DNA of 63,959 nt, counting the filler, from Octopus bimaculoides (taxonomy: Eukaryota): assembly GCF_001194135.2 (NCBI RefSeq). It is 7 parts of 7 records of this genome, joined end to end, with 100 filler letters (N's around TTAATTAATTAA, not from the genome) between each part and the next. Parts side by side here need not be neighbours in the genome. Positions count along the whole stretch, not along the records: positions 62,583 to 63,959 come from NC_068981.1; 6 more parts are not named here. One strand, given 5' to 3'. Below are positions 62,716-63,959 of the stretch, in pieces. Each line of letters starts with the position of its first letter. The stretch's first letter is position 1. The position numbers and the translations under genes are program-made. The notes beneath the pieces are model-generated. The model was not told where the DNA came from and did no database searches. It saw only the letters and a list, made by a program, of their open reading frames with translations.

Positions 62716-63360
62716 TCATAGGATTATGCTCAAGGTGGCTTCGTCAATAACACGTGCCATCCTTGCTACATTCATCCATCTTTTTTTGAAACATTCACTA
62801 GACAAAACTTCCCTCCCTATTCTCACCTTCCTCTTCAAGTGATACTTGAAGAAGTTGATGAGAGGTTCACCAGAGAGGAAAGTGTTTGTCTCTGAACCTT
62901 TTAGACGCGTCCACCATGCACATTCTTTTGCCATAGCCACAAGTACGATGGAAATGGCTCTTCCTTCCCGTTTCAAGGAAGGAGGTGCGACAATATTCAC
63001 GATAGACTCGGTTGATAAATTGACTCGTCCCACACGCGATAGCAGTCGTTCGACATAAGCCCACAGGCCGGAAATGGCTGGACATTGTACGAGTGCGTGC
63101 AGAACGGTTTCGTCGCTCTGACCGCATCTCGGGCAGGTCGGCCCCGTGTTTCTCGAGCCATGCCTGTACAGCTTATCCCAAACGGGTAGCGCTTCTCGAT
63201 AGCACTTCCAGGCCAGGGATCTCTGGAAATTGTCCATAGGTCCCGGCCCGAAACTCGTCTTGAACAGGTGGATCAGGTATTCCCTGTCGACGCTCAGGTA
63301 CGCCCCTAGATCGTCGTCATACCTCCCCTCCACTAATCCCCTATAGAATGCTTTGGTTGT
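62716..63360 (-). CDS. L1/Tx1-type LINE ORF2 C-terminus (zf-RVT region)
   Basis: TTKAFYRGL..LAWKCYREALPV..CPRCGQSDETVLHALVQCP..LW: the CX2C..H..C motif; frame open to the stop at 62716. Confidence 0.9.
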   Translation of the reverse strand, partial: TTKAFYRGLVEGRYDDDLGAYLSVDREYLIHLFKTSFGPGPMDNFQRSLAWKCYREALPVWDKLYRHGSRNTGPTCPRCGQSDETVLHALVQCPAISGLWAYVERLLSRVGRVNLSTESIVNIVAPPSLKREGRAISIVLVAMAKECAWWTRLKGSETNTFLSGEPLINFFKYHLKRKVRIGREVLSSECFKKRWMNVARMARVIDEATLSIIL

Positions 63361-63372
63361 GTNNNNNNNNNN

Positions 63373-63406
<34 letters not shown>

Positions 63407-63456
63407 ATGTATATATATATAAACGCATTCGATGTGTTTACATATGTATATGATTA

Positions 63457-63959
63457 GATAGATAGATATGTTTCTTTATTGATAGATAGATAGATAGATA
63501 GATATGTTTCTTTATTGGCTACACAGGGCTGAACACGGAGGGAACAACATACAAAGTAAGGAATTTTTTTAGGAAGAGAAGAAGGAAAATAAAAGGGTGG
63601 GTAGAAATTCGATCAAAAGGGATCGTAAAAAAAAAGGCCGATCAATAGGGATCGTGTATCATAAATGTCATAGTGTAAAAAGGGGAAACAGATTAGGTTT
63701 ATCCGTGGAAAGAAAAGCCTACGGAAAGACCACGGTAACCTTGAGCAATAATGTCATGCAAAAAAAAAATAATGCATTACAGTAAGTGACTTTCTTTTAT
63801 CCTTTCTTTTCTTTTTCTTTTTTTTTTTTGGTTCATAGGATTATGCTCAAGGTGGCTTCGTCAATAACACGTGCCATCCTTGCTACATTCATCCATCTTT
63901 TTTTGAAACATTCACTAGACAAAACTTCCCTCCCTATTCTCACCTTCCTCTTCAAGTGA
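63457..63959 (-). mobile_element. 3' end of the same LINE (ORF2 end, 3' UTR, terminus)
   Basis: 63700-63959 is identical to 62583-62842. The minus strand continues to AATAAAGAAACA(TATC)n, which is present twice. Confidence 0.88.

Noticed and set aside
61638-63360. Chimeric element joining a LINE zf-RVT to a GIY-YIG endonuclease
   Set aside because: The two ORFs are separated by an artificial spacer and by the LINE's own stop and 3' UTR.
62583-63959. LTR-like 260-bp direct repeat (62583-62842 and 63700-63959)
   Set aside because: Identical, starts at the contig edge and covers the LINE ORF end. Best explained by mis-ordered overlapping contigs around the 10-N gap.

Overview
AT-rich, microsatellite-saturated animal draft-genome sequence. 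About 15% is N by my hand tally. The SINE, Penelope and microsatellite landscape looks like an octopus genome (inference; no database search was run). Six identical artificial spacers (44 N + TTAATTAATTAA + 44 N) split the window into seven segments: 1-18425, 18526-27380, 27481-50228, 50329-55307, 55408-60313, 60414-62482 and 62583-63959. Adjacency across these spacers is unproven. Almost every ORF in the supplied track is a microsatellite or gap artefact. The recognisable host genes are short spliced exons that the track misses: the first three exons of a divergent alpha-tubulin lacking Lys40 (48069-50228, +, cut by a spacer) and a probable first coding exon of MED16 (54960-55093, -). There is also a decayed full-length U6 snRNA copy (16052-16151, -). 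The rest is transposon material: at least four tRNA-derived SINE families, MULE, mariner, IR/DR Tc1, a piggyBac-type MITE, Helitron pieces, Penelope-like elements, RTE relics and a Tx1/L1-type LINE end. Most worth following up are the K40-less tubulin, an orphan ORF head-to-head with it, fold-back junctions in the Tc1 copy, two inverted-repeat structures with dsRNA potential, hammerhead-like motifs in Penelope-type ends and a LINE ending in (TATC)n. I cannot support a new multi-gene system or a CRISPR array.
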